A DNA stretch of 64,000 nt, taken from IMG/VR virus record IMGVR_UViG_3300044612_001255, positions 44,292 to 108,291 of that record; one strand, 5' to 3'. The position numbers were made by a program, and so were the translations under genes. Source of the stretch: a virus. The notes beneath the pieces are model-generated. The model did not search any database. It saw only the letters and a program-made list of their open reading frames with translations, and was not told where the DNA came from. Below are positions 8,509 to 18,519 of this stretch, piece after piece (the first letter of the stretch is position 1; every line of letters starts with the position of its first letter).

Positions 8509-8713
8509 AATCTTCAACGTCTGATTCAACATCTTCCCATTCTGTGTAATAAATTACATCATCAACATAAGCATCGTCAATATCTCTATATCCTCTGCTT
8601 ATGCACCATTGCAATGCATCTTTTTCATATTTGAAATAGACACATCCATCATCTCCCACCCATCCTTGATTCATTCCTTCACCTGTAATAGAACACTCTC
8701 TGGCATATTTCAT
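8498..8713 (-). CDS. hypothetical protein
   Basis: Likely start MKYARECSITGEGMNQGW (ATGA overlap with the upstream stop). The track start at 8746 is less likely. Confidence 0.65.
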   Translation of the reverse strand: MKYARECSITGEGMNQGWVGDDGCVYFKYEKDALQWCISRGYRDIDDAYVDDVIYYTEWEDVESDVEDYDN

Positions 8714-9015
8714 AAGAATACCAGAGAAAGTGTTCCAAGAATACAAATGATCATCAATGTAACAGCATGATTAAATGTCGTCTGATGAATCTTCTTTACA
8801 GCTTCTGTATAAGCCTCATCTCTTCTAATAATCGCATCAATGGCTGACCAATACAATGTAGAAATGAAGAATACAATAACAGTGATGAGAAACTGCTCAT
8901 CTGTTACACCCATATCAATTGCTGATCCTGTAAATACAAGAATACAAATAGATAAGACTCCTGCGAGCACAGCTGTTCCCATAGCTATAGCTCTAACTAA
9001 TTTTAATGTTTTCAT
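8710..9015 (-). CDS. membrane protein
   Basis: Three hydrophobic segments. Likely start MKTLKLVRA. Confidence 0.65.
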   Translation of the reverse strand: MKTLKLVRAIAMGTAVLAGVLSICILVFTGSAIDMGVTDEQFLITVIVFFISTLYWSAIDAIIRRDEAYTEAVKKIHQTTFNHAVTLMIICILGTLSLVFL

Positions 9016-9130
9016 AAATAATGGATTAAAATTGGTAAACAATAAATACTATCTAATACGAGACATGTAGCAAATGCTTTCAATGTCTCAGTGCGTGTTC
9101 CCTTGAAATTGGGCATGATACATAGTGTGA

Positions 9131-9310
9131 TCATAAGTCATGCATGTAAGATTGATCCAATTGCTCGTTTTCAAGATGCATTCTTTCTTCATACTCATGG
9201 ATCTCATCCCATTGTTGCTGCATATCATCAGCAAAATACTTATCAAGAGCATCCTTCTTTATAGAAGCAATAGTCTTAGGAAACAAGAAGGTTAAGATTG
9301 ATTTTAACAT
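9131..9310 (-). CDS. small hypothetical protein
   Basis: Likely start MLKSILTFLFPK. The upstream extension in the track is a TTTA repeat. Confidence 0.55.
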   Translation of the reverse strand: MLKSILTFLFPKTIASIKKDALDKYFADDMQQQWDEIHEYEERMHLENEQLDQSYMHDL

Positions 9311-9603
9311 GTTGTTGTGTGGGTTTAAATGAATAAATAAATAAATAAATAAATGCAGGCTTTGCACCTGCTCGGGAGCATCTGACCCTCCAAATTATAA
9401 TATACATGTTGTTTCTTTCATCAAGGTTAACCCAATCTATTGTTGGAGTCAGAATCATACATCCTACTTGATTACTTACAACATGTGATACATTACAACA
9501 ATCCCTCTGCACTTAGTTGTAGCTTTATAGTCCTCTCTCTATCTAGTAAAGCTAGAAGATTAATGGAGTATACTCTTAATAGGCTACAACTGAATGGTGC
9601 ATT

Positions 9604-9632
9604 GAAACAAAAGAGCCCCATTACAGGCTCTT
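9604..9632 (-). terminator. intrinsic terminator
   Basis: AAGAGCC-N8-GGCTCTT followed by TTGTTT on the minus strand, after the stop at 9643. Confidence 0.6.
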
Positions 9633-9642
9633 ATTGTCCATT

Positions 9643-9813
9643 CTAAGAAGATTCTTGCATAGCAATAGAATGTTCCATTTGAATCTTACCAGCTAATGCT
9701 TCAAGCTTCTTTGCCATCTGTCTAATAAACTCTTTATGCTCTATGTTAGAATAGACAGCTTCTTTACACTCACAAGAGAGTGCATATACCAATTCATCCA
9801 ATGACTTTTCCAT
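9643..9813 (-). CDS. small hypothetical protein
   Basis: Likely start MEKSLDELVYAL. Confidence 0.55.
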   Translation of the reverse strand: MEKSLDELVYALSCECKEAVYSNIEHKEFIRQMAKKLEALAGKIQMEHSIAMQESS

Positions 9814-10148
9814 TTTAATTTTCAGTTTAATGCTATATAAAATGATGAATACTAAAATCAAGGTTTATGAAAACACCTCATTATTACGTGTGTGGTGTCA
9901 CTCCTACTCCATTACACACAACTATTTCTTAGCAAAGTACAACATGAAGTTTACAATTCCCCGTGTAAAACTTTATTAAATTGTACATTACCATAAAACC
10001 ATTGCATTTTACCTAGAGAATAGCAACTACACATCCTCACACCATATATAATACAACGCAACATGTATCATATACGTCTGATTTGCTCAGATGCATTGGA
10101 TGTGTAATAGTGCCTATACACGAGGAAAGGGCCTAAGCCCCTTCCGTG

Positions 10149-10556
10149 TTAACCTATTGCCTCTTCTAGCTCAACGATGTTAGCAGTGTCTGTGAAGTTC
10201 CCTTCAGAGTAACGCTTTGCTAAGCCTTCCACCTTCTTGTTGGAGAGATAACTTCCAACAGTGCTGTAGCCATCGAAGTCCCATAAATCTCTGGTGATTC
10301 TTGCGCCATCCTCGTCCACTCCTAAATCAACGCCTTTGCGTTCAATCAAATAGATTGCGCGAACCTTCTCACCTTTAGCAACAATATCTTTGGTAAAAGC
10401 ATCTTTGCTAGGTACTCTAAAGGTGATGCCTTTAACCTTGTAGACCTCATAGGATTCGTTAGCAAAGCCTTCCTTTTCGCTCTTATACTTCCTGGTAAGG
10501 ATGTGCTGAACTCTATCGATGTCCTGTCCTTCAATGGTTTTTTCTACGATGTTCAT
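10149..10556 (-). CDS. hypothetical early protein (first gene of leftward unit)
   Basis: Likely start MNIVEKTIEG after an A-rich leader. Followed by a GC hairpin at 10118-10149. Confidence 0.75.
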   Translation of the reverse strand: MNIVEKTIEGQDIDRVQHILTRKYKSEKEGFANESYEVYKVKGITFRVPSKDAFTKDIVAKGEKVRAIYLIERKGVDLGVDEDGARITRDLWDFDGYSTVGSYLSNKKVEGLAKRYSEGNFTDTANIVELEEAIG

Positions 10557-10751
10557 AATGTGTTTTTGTTTTTGGTTTACAGCAACAGGGGTACTACCCC
10601 AACTTGCCAAATTCCCTAAGGGGTTTCAATTAGATGTAAGCTCCTCCCCCATTGACACAACACTTTTCCAAATTTTGAAAATTTTGGTGGGGGTCTTTTT
10701 CCCAATCGCCTCATAGTGCGGGGTGTTCATTAAAAAACAGAAATAATAAAA

Positions 10752-10784
10752 TTTGTTATTTTCACGGAGGATGTTTTATATTTG
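10752..10784 (+). promoter_or_regulatory. Bacteroidota sigma-A type promoter
   Basis: TTTG(10752-55)-N21-TATATTTG(10777-84), an exact match to the -33/-7 consensus, 18 nt before ATG 10803. Confidence 0.8.
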
Positions 10785-10802
10785 TTATAAACCAATGGAC
10801 TA

Positions 10803-11150
10803 ATGATTGTACAACGATTAAAGAAGGGATTACAGAATGACACGGAAGTGTCTTACAGGTATTATTCTGTTCTTTCTGCATTGAATGATTTGGAGCTTAC
10901 AGACAGAGAGATTCAGCTTATGTCTTTCATTGCTGTTTCTGGAAGTATTTCTGTTCCTAGTAATAGGGAGAAATTCTGCTCAACATATGAGACAACAGGA
11001 GCAACGGTGAATAACATGGTGAGCAAGCTTAAGAAGAGAAATCTTCTTTTTAAGAAGGATGGAAAGATTGTTGTCAATCCGTTAATATCGTTAGATTTCT
11101 CCAGTGACATTACATTAGAGATAAAGATTTTGCATGAAGAAAAAGCCTAG
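10803..11150 (+). CDS. winged-helix DNA-binding protein
   Basis: LTDREIQLMSF...TVNNMVSKLKKRNLLFKKDGKIVVNP, a wHTH pattern. Confidence 0.7.
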   Translation: MIVQRLKKGLQNDTEVSYRYYSVLSALNDLELTDREIQLMSFIAVSGSISVPSNREKFCSTYETTGATVNNMVSKLKKRNLLFKKDGKIVVNPLISLDFSSDITLEIKILHEEKA

Positions 11151-11547
11151 TTCAATGTCCCATAGGGATTGGTTTGTTAAACAGCTTGCCAATTCTTTAA
11201 ACATGGATGTGAAGATTGTCGATCAAGTGATAAAGCATCAGTTTGACACAACGCTAGCAGCTCTACAGAAGAATAAGACAGTGGAGATTTCTGGATGGGG
11301 AACATTTAAATGGAACGATAGAGCTGCACAGAAGAGGCTTGATGTTTTAGATGAGAAGATTAGAAGTTTGAGAGACATGATTTCCAGCTCTGATAGTGAT
11401 GTTAAAACGGAGAAGTGGAATGATGATATTGATTACATGTTGTTGAGGCGTAAAGTATTAATGAATAAGATAAATGAGCTTAACACAGATTTACGAAGGT
11501 TGGAAAAACAAGCTGCTCCCAGAAGAAAGCCTAAAGGAACAGATTGA
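11134..11547 (+). CDS. HU/IHF-like DNA-binding protein
   Basis: ALQKNKTVEISGWGTFK resembles HU 'V.I.GFGTF'. Confidence 0.7.
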   Translation: MKKKPSSMSHRDWFVKQLANSLNMDVKIVDQVIKHQFDTTLAALQKNKTVEISGWGTFKWNDRAAQKRLDVLDEKIRSLRDMISSSDSDVKTEKWNDDIDYMLLRRKVLMNKINELNTDLRRLEKQAAPRRKPKGTD

Positions 11548-11755
11548 TCAAGTGTCAGCGGAGAGAATGAGCATATGCAATGATTGTAAGTTTCATTCTA
11601 AACATCACAAGACAATACGTTTAGATGCACATTGTGTACATTGTGGATGTACGTTGTCAGCTAAAACAAAATGCTTGTCTTGTGCATGTCCTACAGAGAA
11701 ATGGAAACCAGTGATGACAAGAGAACAAGAGGAGGAAATCGATGAGGCAGAATAA
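11474..11755 (+). CDS. Cys-rich small protein (putative metal-binding)
   Basis: ICNDC...CVHCGC.L.AK..C....CP..KW. Confidence 0.75.
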   Translation: MSLTQIYEGWKNKLLPEESLKEQIDQVSAERMSICNDCKFHSKHHKTIRLDAHCVHCGCTLSAKTKCLSCACPTEKWKPVMTREQEEEIDEAE

Positions 11756-11981
11756 AGAAATACGTTTTAGAAAAATCAGCTTGCAGCTACTCCTTGATAC
11801 ATTGACACATATATGGGACTCTGGAGCTGATTACGTTGACATCATTGGTATTCAAGGCGAAGATCAAGATGTCATTAATATTGTTGTACAAGAAGAATAC
11901 ATGTCAGAGGAAGAAGACATTGAAGAAGATGACGAGGATCCACCAACACTTTCTGATGAAGATATAAACAACTTGATATGA
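11742..11981 (+). CDS. acidic hypothetical protein
   Basis: 79-aa ORF within the operon. Confidence 0.7.
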   Translation: MRQNKEIRFRKISLQLLLDTLTHIWDSGADYVDIIGIQGEDQDVINIVVQEEYMSEEEDIEEDDEDPPTLSDEDINNLI

Positions 11982-12172
11982 ATAGAGCTATGATTGGACA
12001 AGAATCGATGTCCGTAATTGAAAGATTGGCAGCGTTGTGCGCCACGCCTGGTATTGATGACAAAACCAAGGAGATTGCTAATAAACAGATTCAGGAATTG
12101 CTTGGCGGTCCTGTTCAAACTTCTGTTACAGAGTTGAAGACAGCTGCTGCTGGTATTGTAACCCTATCATAA
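11978..12172 (+). CDS. hypothetical protein
   Basis: 64 aa, overlapping both neighbours. Confidence 0.65.
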   Translation: MNRAMIGQESMSVIERLAALCATPGIDDKTKEIANKQIQELLGGPVQTSVTELKTAAAGIVTLS

Positions 12173-12504
12173 TGGCTGCTCCAAAGAAAACTACGTACAT
12201 TAATACAGAGCTTGATTGGGCAGAGGAGCAGCTTTCTAGCTGGAAGCAATATGTTGATGCCAATCCCATGCATGAGCTTAAGGATAGGATTGAATGGAAA
12301 CCTACAGCTAAGGGTGGAATGTTGCCTATGGTGATTGCCAGTATTGAGAGTCAGGGTAAGTTTATTCAGGAGACAATGAAGAACTATCTAGCTCTTCTTG
12401 AGGTGGTGGATAAGCTGAGAGAAAAGGAAGAATCTAAAGTGGAAATACGTGGTAATGGTGAGCTTGGCTCAATGGCTGAAGATTTCCTTAAAGGTAGACG
12501 ATGA
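12172..12504 (+). CDS. hypothetical protein, candidate terminase small subunit
   Basis: Helical 110-aa protein ATGA-coupled to terL. Function inferred from position only. Confidence 0.5.
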   Translation: MAAPKKTTYINTELDWAEEQLSSWKQYVDANPMHELKDRIEWKPTAKGGMLPMVIASIESQGKFIQETMKNYLALLEVVDKLREKEESKVEIRGNGELGSMAEDFLKGRR

Positions 12505-14525
12505 ATTTAGAAAATGTTAAATACAGTGAGTGGTTGATTAACCAGCCACGCCTTCCTGATAAAACATCACAGGAATACAAGCCCTTCTTTGATTTTCATA
12601 AGAAGCTGTGCCTAGATGGATTTATAATGGATGGTGTGTTCATCAACCCTTTTCTGTATTGGCATTTGAATCTGTGGCATACAGAAGTGGATGTTATGGA
12701 TGATAGAGGACGCATCTATCAGAAATATGCCAATCCCTCACTCAGAGACAATGAATGGTTAGTGACAAATGAAATAGACAGAGCCCATGCTGAGAAGCGT
12801 GGGTTGGTCATTTTGGGTATTAGACGTTTTGCTAAGTCTGTCTTAGAAGCTAGCTACATTGCATGGGGTGCTACGTTTGATGAGAACTCACAGAACGTAA
12901 TTGCTGGCTTGAATGCTCCAGATATAAAGCTTATTACAGACAAGCTTGACAAGGGCCTCAACTTTCTTCCTGAATACTTCAGATGGCAACGTGTAGAAGA
13001 TAATTGGAAGAATCAAGTGACGTTAGGAATAAAGACAAAGAGTGGAGAGAGAATACCATTCTCTCAAATTCTTATTCGTAACTTAGATGAGGGTAATAAT
13101 GAAGAAGCTATTGCTGGTACAAAGCCACGAAAGCTTATCATTGATGAGATTGGTAAGGGGTCTTTTTTAAGAGGCTTACAGGCTGCTGTTCCTGGCTTTA
13201 CAACACCATTTGGATGGGGATGTTCTCCTATTCTTACAGGTACAGGGGGTGACATGAAGCGTTTTATGGATGCTAAATCGTTGATGTTTGATGTTGAGAA
13301 TTACAACTTTCTAACATACAACAATGAAGATGATACAAAACGTGTACATGGGCTATTCATTTCTAATAAATATAGAATGGAAGCCAAAGAAAATTCTACG
13401 TTAGGAGATTATGTAAAAGCTTCAAAGAATAGTGATCTTCGTAATGTAAAAATGTTAGTGTCTAATGAAGAGAAAGCTGATAGAATCACCACTGATAATT
13501 TAGAAAGATTAAAGAAAGCTGGAGATAGAGTGGCATTTCTAAAAGAGAAGATGTACTATCCACAAAAGGTGGATGACATATTCCTCAACGAAGACACTAA
13601 CATCTTCGATATAGAAGCTGCTAAGAGACAGAAAACCAGACTATTACAGAACGAAAGAACAGGAACACCTGTTATTTTATTTAATGACGAAGGAAAGATA
13701 GGACATGAGTTTACAGACAACATGCCTATTACAAACTTTCCTCTCAAGAGTACAGACAGAAAAGATGCTCCTATAGTGATATATGAATTTCCTATAGAGA
13801 ATCCTCCCTATGGATTATACGTTGCAGGAGTTGACCCCTACAGACAAGGACAGGCAAAGTATTCAACTTCATTAGGTTCTGTGTATATTTACAAGAGAAT
13901 GCACGATCTCACTGGTGAAAAATATCAGGATATGTTCGTAGCTTCGTACTGTGCAAGACCTGATAAGAAGGAAACGTGGGAAGAACAGGCTAGATTACTG
14001 ATTAAATATTACAACGCTAGAGCTCTTTGTGAAAATGACGATATTTCGTTCATTGAATACATGAAAAGCAAAGGCGATGCACACTATCTAGAGAAGCAAC
14101 CACAATGGTTGTTAGAAGTGATTCCTAACACTACTGTGAAACGAGAGTATGGAATTCACAGATCAGCTCAAAAAATAATTGACTATCTACATACATGTTT
14201 GAAGAGATACATGGAAGATGTTATTTATTCTGAGAAAGATGATAGTGGCGTTATAACTAGAGAAGTTACAGGGGTGAGTAAGATATTTGACCCAATGCTT
14301 CTTGAAGAAATTATCCAATACAACGATGAGGGAAACTTCGATAGGATTATAGCAGCAGAACTTGCTATAGCTCAGGCACTTAAGATGGACCCTATATTAG
14401 GAAAGATTGGAGGAACTACTGATGAACGAGTTAAATCGTTATATTCAAAAAAAGGAAAGAATAATAAGCTGTTTAGCAGCTCTAAAAATATGTTCAATAC
14501 GAGGAAAAATAAATTATTTTCATAA
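12501..14525 (+). CDS. terL: terminase large subunit
   Basis: Walker A variant RRFAKS, Walker B LIIDEIGK, coupling motif TGTGG, nuclease motifs VAGVDPY and NFDR. Confidence 0.92.
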   Translation: MNLENVKYSEWLINQPRLPDKTSQEYKPFFDFHKKLCLDGFIMDGVFINPFLYWHLNLWHTEVDVMDDRGRIYQKYANPSLRDNEWLVTNEIDRAHAEKRGLVILGIRRFAKSVLEASYIAWGATFDENSQNVIAGLNAPDIKLITDKLDKGLNFLPEYFRWQRVEDNWKNQVTLGIKTKSGERIPFSQILIRNLDEGNNEEAIAGTKPRKLIIDEIGKGSFLRGLQAAVPGFTTPFGWGCSPILTGTGGDMKRFMDAKSLMFDVENYNFLTYNNEDDTKRVHGLFISNKYRMEAKENSTLGDYVKASKNSDLRNVKMLVSNEEKADRITTDNLERLKKAGDRVAFLKEKMYYPQKVDDIFLNEDTNIFDIEAAKRQKTRLLQNERTGTPVILFNDEGKIGHEFTDNMPITNFPLKSTDRKDAPIVIYEFPIENPPYGLYVAGVDPYRQGQAKYSTSLGSVYIYKRMHDLTGEKYQDMFVASYCARPDKKETWEEQARLLIKYYNARALCENDDISFIEYMKSKGDAHYLEKQPQWLLEVIPNTTVKREYGIHRSAQKIIDYLHTCLKRYMEDVIYSEKDDSGVITREVTGVSKIFDPMLLEEIIQYNDEGNFDRIIAAELAIAQALKMDPILGKIGGTTDERVKSLYSKKGKNNKLFSSSKNMFNTRKNKLFS

Positions 14526-17119
14526 TGGCAATCATTAGATATACCAAGGACGCAACCATACGATATGCCTATCTTAACATTTTCCCTGATCAATTCAAGA
14601 CAGAGAAAGAAAAGCAGGATGAGAGTTGGGTGAAAAACACGATGGATTATTTCGCAAACAAGTCGTATGCGGAATACATGAAGAGTCGTGATACATTTGT
14701 TAAAAACTATGACTTGGTGAAAGGAATTCTTCGTATGGAAGACTTCTACCAAGAGCCAGATGTAAAATCGTTTACAGAAATCTTACAAGCAGATTTAGGC
14801 TTACCAGCATATGTTAAGCACTATTCTATTGTAACCACTCCTATTAATAACCTTGTAGGTGAAATATCTAAGCGTCCAGATACATTTCGTGTAAAGGCAT
14901 TTGATGATGATAGCCAGTCTGAAGAATTACAATTCAAGACAGATGTGCTACAAGAGTTTATTATCTCTAAAGCCAAAGAAGGCATAATGCAGAAACTAGC
15001 TATGCAAGGTCAAGAGATTGACGAAGAGCAGCTAGAACAAATGACAATGGAGCAAGTGAAGGATCAACTAGATTCTTACACCTCTGTAGCAGAGAAGTGG
15101 GCTAACCACATTCTAACATGCCAGAAAGCAGAATTCAATCTTAAAGAAAAGAGCGAAGATGCATTTAGAGATCTTCTTATTTCTGCTAGAGAGTTCTATC
15201 ACATCTATGAAGATAACTCCAAACTTGGATTTAACATAGAAGTCGCCAACCCAAAGAACACATGGTTTTTAACAACACCAGATAGAAAGTGGATTTCTGA
15301 TCCAACAGGAAGAAACCAAGGAGCGTATGCTGCTGGTACTGTGCAAGTTATGGAACTTTCTGAAATTATTGAATCAATTCCTGACCTCACTAAAGACGAG
15401 ATTGATCACCTAAGAAGCTCATTGCAAGACTACGGACTCATCAACGTTCGTGAATCTAATCTTGGTAATCCTAATGCTGCTGATGGTATTGACTCTATTC
15501 AATATGACACATTCGATCCTCTTGTTCTTCAGACAAGAATGATGATTGAAAGTGAGATGAAAGAGAACAATGATGGACTAAAAGACTTCCTAGGACTAAC
15601 AACAAACGTATCTACATTTGGATATAAATATGTTGTTGTTAGATCATATTGGATTAGCAAAAGAAAGATTGGTAAACTTTCCTACCTTGATGAGATGGGT
15701 AATGAGCAAACCGTTCTTGTTGATGAAAACTACAAATCAAACACTATTCCTACACAAATCTCTCTTGAATGGGGTTGGATTAACCAATGGTATCAGGGAA
15801 CAAAGATTGGTCCAGATATCTACCACATCAAACCTCTTAAAATCCTTAACTATTGCCCTATTATAGGCACTACGTACGAGGTGAAGAACACAGAAGCTAA
15901 ATCACTAGTAGATTTGATGAAGCCATTTCAAGTGTTGTACAACATTTGTATGAATCAGCTTTACAAACTCCTAGAGAAAGAAATTGGTAACGTAGCTTCT
16001 GTAAACATTAGACGTGTTCCTAGACTAAAAGATGGAGATGATCAAGATTCTCTTGACGTATGGGAAATGGAGGCAAGAGAGCGTGGTATTATATTTGATG
16101 ATGACAGCCCAGAGAACACAAAGGCTGCTGTCTCTAACACCACCATTGCAAGAAACATAGACTTGACAAGAACAAACGAAATCCAGTCTAGATATAATCT
16201 TGCTCTTCAATTGAAGAACGAATGCTGGGAACTTATAGGCATCTCTAGACAGCGTTTAGGAAGCGTACAAGCGAGCGAATCTGCCACAGGTGTCAACACA
16301 GCTGTCAGTCAGTCATATGCCCAGACAGAGCCCCTATTCATCGCACACGAGTATGTATTAGGTCAGTTATACCAAGCTATTGTAGATGCAGCACAATATA
16401 TAGAAAGTGCTAAGCCAATGTCTACACTATCATACATTACATCAGAAGGAGAATCTGCATTTATACAAGTGAATGGTAATGATTTGAAGCTTCGTGATCT
16501 TAAAGTGTTTATTACAAATAGACCAGAGGATACACAAATGTTTAACGAGCTTCGTCAGCTATCTCAAGCAGTTATACAGAATGGTGGCACACTATATGAT
16601 ATAATAGAATTGTATTCTACTAAGTCTATGAGAGAGATGAAGAAGACATTCAAAAATCTCAAGGATCGTCAACAGATGATGCAAGACCAGCAGATGCAAC
16701 AACAGCAGCAACAGCTTGAGCAACAACAACAAATTGCAGCTGCTCAGATGCAGGCTCAACAACAGCAGCAGCAAGAAATGTTAGCTAACCAAAACTATCA
16801 GCAAGAACTTGATAGAATTAATAAGAAAGAAATAGCTCTTATTAATGCAGCTGCGAGAGGAGAAGCGGCAACACAAGATGTTGATGAGTCAGGCACTGCT
16901 GATATACTAGAGATATCAAACTTGTCTATGCAGCAGTCTAAAGCAGCTCAAGATTATCAATTGAAGATGCAAGACATTCAATCTAAAAACACTCAAGCTA
17001 TGCAGAAGCTACAACTTGAAAAAGAAAAGATAAATGTTGCTAGAGAGAATATGAAGAATGATGTTGAAGTGGCTAAAATAAATGCTTCTAATAGAGCATC
17101 TAAAAGCAATAAGAAATAA
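14525..17119 (+). CDS. portal protein
   Basis: 864 aa after terL, LIGISRQRLG motif, long Q-rich C-terminal coiled coil (barrel). Fits crAss gene order. Confidence 0.88.
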   Translation: MAIIRYTKDATIRYAYLNIFPDQFKTEKEKQDESWVKNTMDYFANKSYAEYMKSRDTFVKNYDLVKGILRMEDFYQEPDVKSFTEILQADLGLPAYVKHYSIVTTPINNLVGEISKRPDTFRVKAFDDDSQSEELQFKTDVLQEFIISKAKEGIMQKLAMQGQEIDEEQLEQMTMEQVKDQLDSYTSVAEKWANHILTCQKAEFNLKEKSEDAFRDLLISAREFYHIYEDNSKLGFNIEVANPKNTWFLTTPDRKWISDPTGRNQGAYAAGTVQVMELSEIIESIPDLTKDEIDHLRSSLQDYGLINVRESNLGNPNAADGIDSIQYDTFDPLVLQTRMMIESEMKENNDGLKDFLGLTTNVSTFGYKYVVVRSYWISKRKIGKLSYLDEMGNEQTVLVDENYKSNTIPTQISLEWGWINQWYQGTKIGPDIYHIKPLKILNYCPIIGTTYEVKNTEAKSLVDLMKPFQVLYNICMNQLYKLLEKEIGNVASVNIRRVPRLKDGDDQDSLDVWEMEARERGIIFDDDSPENTKAAVSNTTIARNIDLTRTNEIQSRYNLALQLKNECWELIGISRQRLGSVQASESATGVNTAVSQSYAQTEPLFIAHEYVLGQLYQAIVDAAQYIESAKPMSTLSYITSEGESAFIQVNGNDLKLRDLKVFITNRPEDTQMFNELRQLSQAVIQNGGTLYDIIELYSTKSMREMKKTFKNLKDRQQMMQDQQMQQQQQQLEQQQQIAAAQMQAQQQQQQEMLANQNYQQELDRINKKEIALINAAARGEAATQDVDESGTADILEISNLSMQQSKAAQDYQLKMQDIQSKNTQAMQKLQLEKEKINVARENMKNDVEVAKINASNRASKSNKK

Positions 17120-17186
17120 TAAAATATGGAAAAATTAACATTAATGCTATACGTATCAAAAAAACAACAATTTTGATTATTCCCTA

Positions 17187-17217
17187 TTTGATTATTTTAC
17201 AAACGAAAGTACATTTA
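17187..17217 (+). promoter_or_regulatory. Bacteroidota sigma-A type promoter (variant)
   Basis: TTTG-N19-TACATTTA upstream of the scaffold/capsid genes. Confidence 0.55.
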
Positions 17218-17252
17218 TATCATACAAACCAATCAAATAATTAACTACATAT

Positions 17253-18494
17253 ATGGCAGACAACCTAGACACTCCGTCATTTGGTAACTTCGGTATTGAA
17301 GATACTATGGAAATGGGGATAGGTAACACACAGTTGTTGGACGATTTGTTTTCTCCAGAAACTTCTACAGAAGATCCTGATAAGTTAGAAACAATCATAA
17401 AGACAGCAGATGAACCAAAAGCTCCTAAAAAACCAGAAGTATCAAAAGGTAAAGAAGTTGTCCAAAAGCTAGATGGTGAGGAAACCACTCAACAAGATGT
17501 TTTAAAAAACTTTCTTGGAGATGATGAAGACGAAGAATCAGAAGAAGATGATGTTGTAACACCACCAACCAAAGCTAAAGCAGAAGCTGAAGAAGAGGAA
17601 GACGATGTTGCAGAATCACCATTTGTTTCTTTATCGAAGGACCTTTTCAAACTTGGTGTTTTTACACAAGATGATGATGAAGAGGATACAGTTATTGAAA
17701 CACCAGAACAATTCCTGGAAAAATTCAATGCAGAGAAGAAGAAAGGTGCAATCGAGATTGTTGACAACTTCATTAGTCAGTTTGGAGAAGATTACCAAAA
17801 AGCGTTTGATGCCATATTTGTAAAAGGAGCAGATCCTAAAGATTATTTTGGCGTATATAACAATGTAGTGAGCTTTGCTGAATTGGATTTGTCAGTTGAA
17901 GACAACCAAGTTAGAGTTATCAAACAAGCCTTGACAGATCAAGGATTCGATAATGAAGATGTCACTACAGAAATTGAAAGACTTAGAAACTACGGTGATT
18001 TAGAAACAGTTGCTAGCAAGCATCACAAAGTGCTTGTTAAGAAGGAAGCAGCAAAGTTGCAACAGATGGAGCAACAAGCTGAACAACAACTTCAGCAGAA
18101 AGCAATGGTTCGAAATCAGTATATTCAAAACGTTCAGTCTGTCCTCCAAGACAAATTGAAAACAAAGGAGTTTGATGGAATTCCATTAAACCCCAAATTG
18201 GCATCAGAACTACAAGACTTCCTTTTGGTAGACAAGTACAAAACTCCTTCAGGTGAAACCCTGACAGATTTTGACAAGACTATCCTGGAACTTAAGAGAC
18301 CTGAGAACCACGCTGCAAAAGTTAAGCTGGGACTTCTTCTTAAGATTTTAGAAAAAGATCCTACGTTATCTACCATACAAAGAACAGGAGTGACTAAGAA
18401 GTCAACCCAGTTGTTTGAGGAAGTTGCGAGACAGACTAGTAAAAAACCTGGTTCTGGTGGCAATTCTGGAAAAGCGAACTCATGGTTCTTATAA
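17253..18494 (+). CDS. putative scaffolding protein
   Basis: Acidic disordered N-terminus and coiled coils, lying between portal and MCP. Confidence 0.7.
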   Translation: MADNLDTPSFGNFGIEDTMEMGIGNTQLLDDLFSPETSTEDPDKLETIIKTADEPKAPKKPEVSKGKEVVQKLDGEETTQQDVLKNFLGDDEDEESEEDDVVTPPTKAKAEAEEEEDDVAESPFVSLSKDLFKLGVFTQDDDEEDTVIETPEQFLEKFNAEKKKGAIEIVDNFISQFGEDYQKAFDAIFVKGADPKDYFGVYNNVVSFAELDLSVEDNQVRVIKQALTDQGFDNEDVTTEIERLRNYGDLETVASKHHKVLVKKEAAKLQQMEQQAEQQLQQKAMVRNQYIQNVQSVLQDKLKTKEFDGIPLNPKLASELQDFLLVDKYKTPSGETLTDFDKTILELKRPENHAAKVKLGLLLKILEKDPTLSTIQRTGVTKKSTQLFEEVARQTSKKPGSGGNSGKANSWFL

Positions 18495-18519
18495 ATTAAA
18501 TAAAACAAAGTAAAAAACA

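Noticed and set aside
16670-16810. Poly-Q (CAA/CAG) tract in the portal gene
   Set aside because: Explained by the coiled-coil barrel typical of podophage portals.
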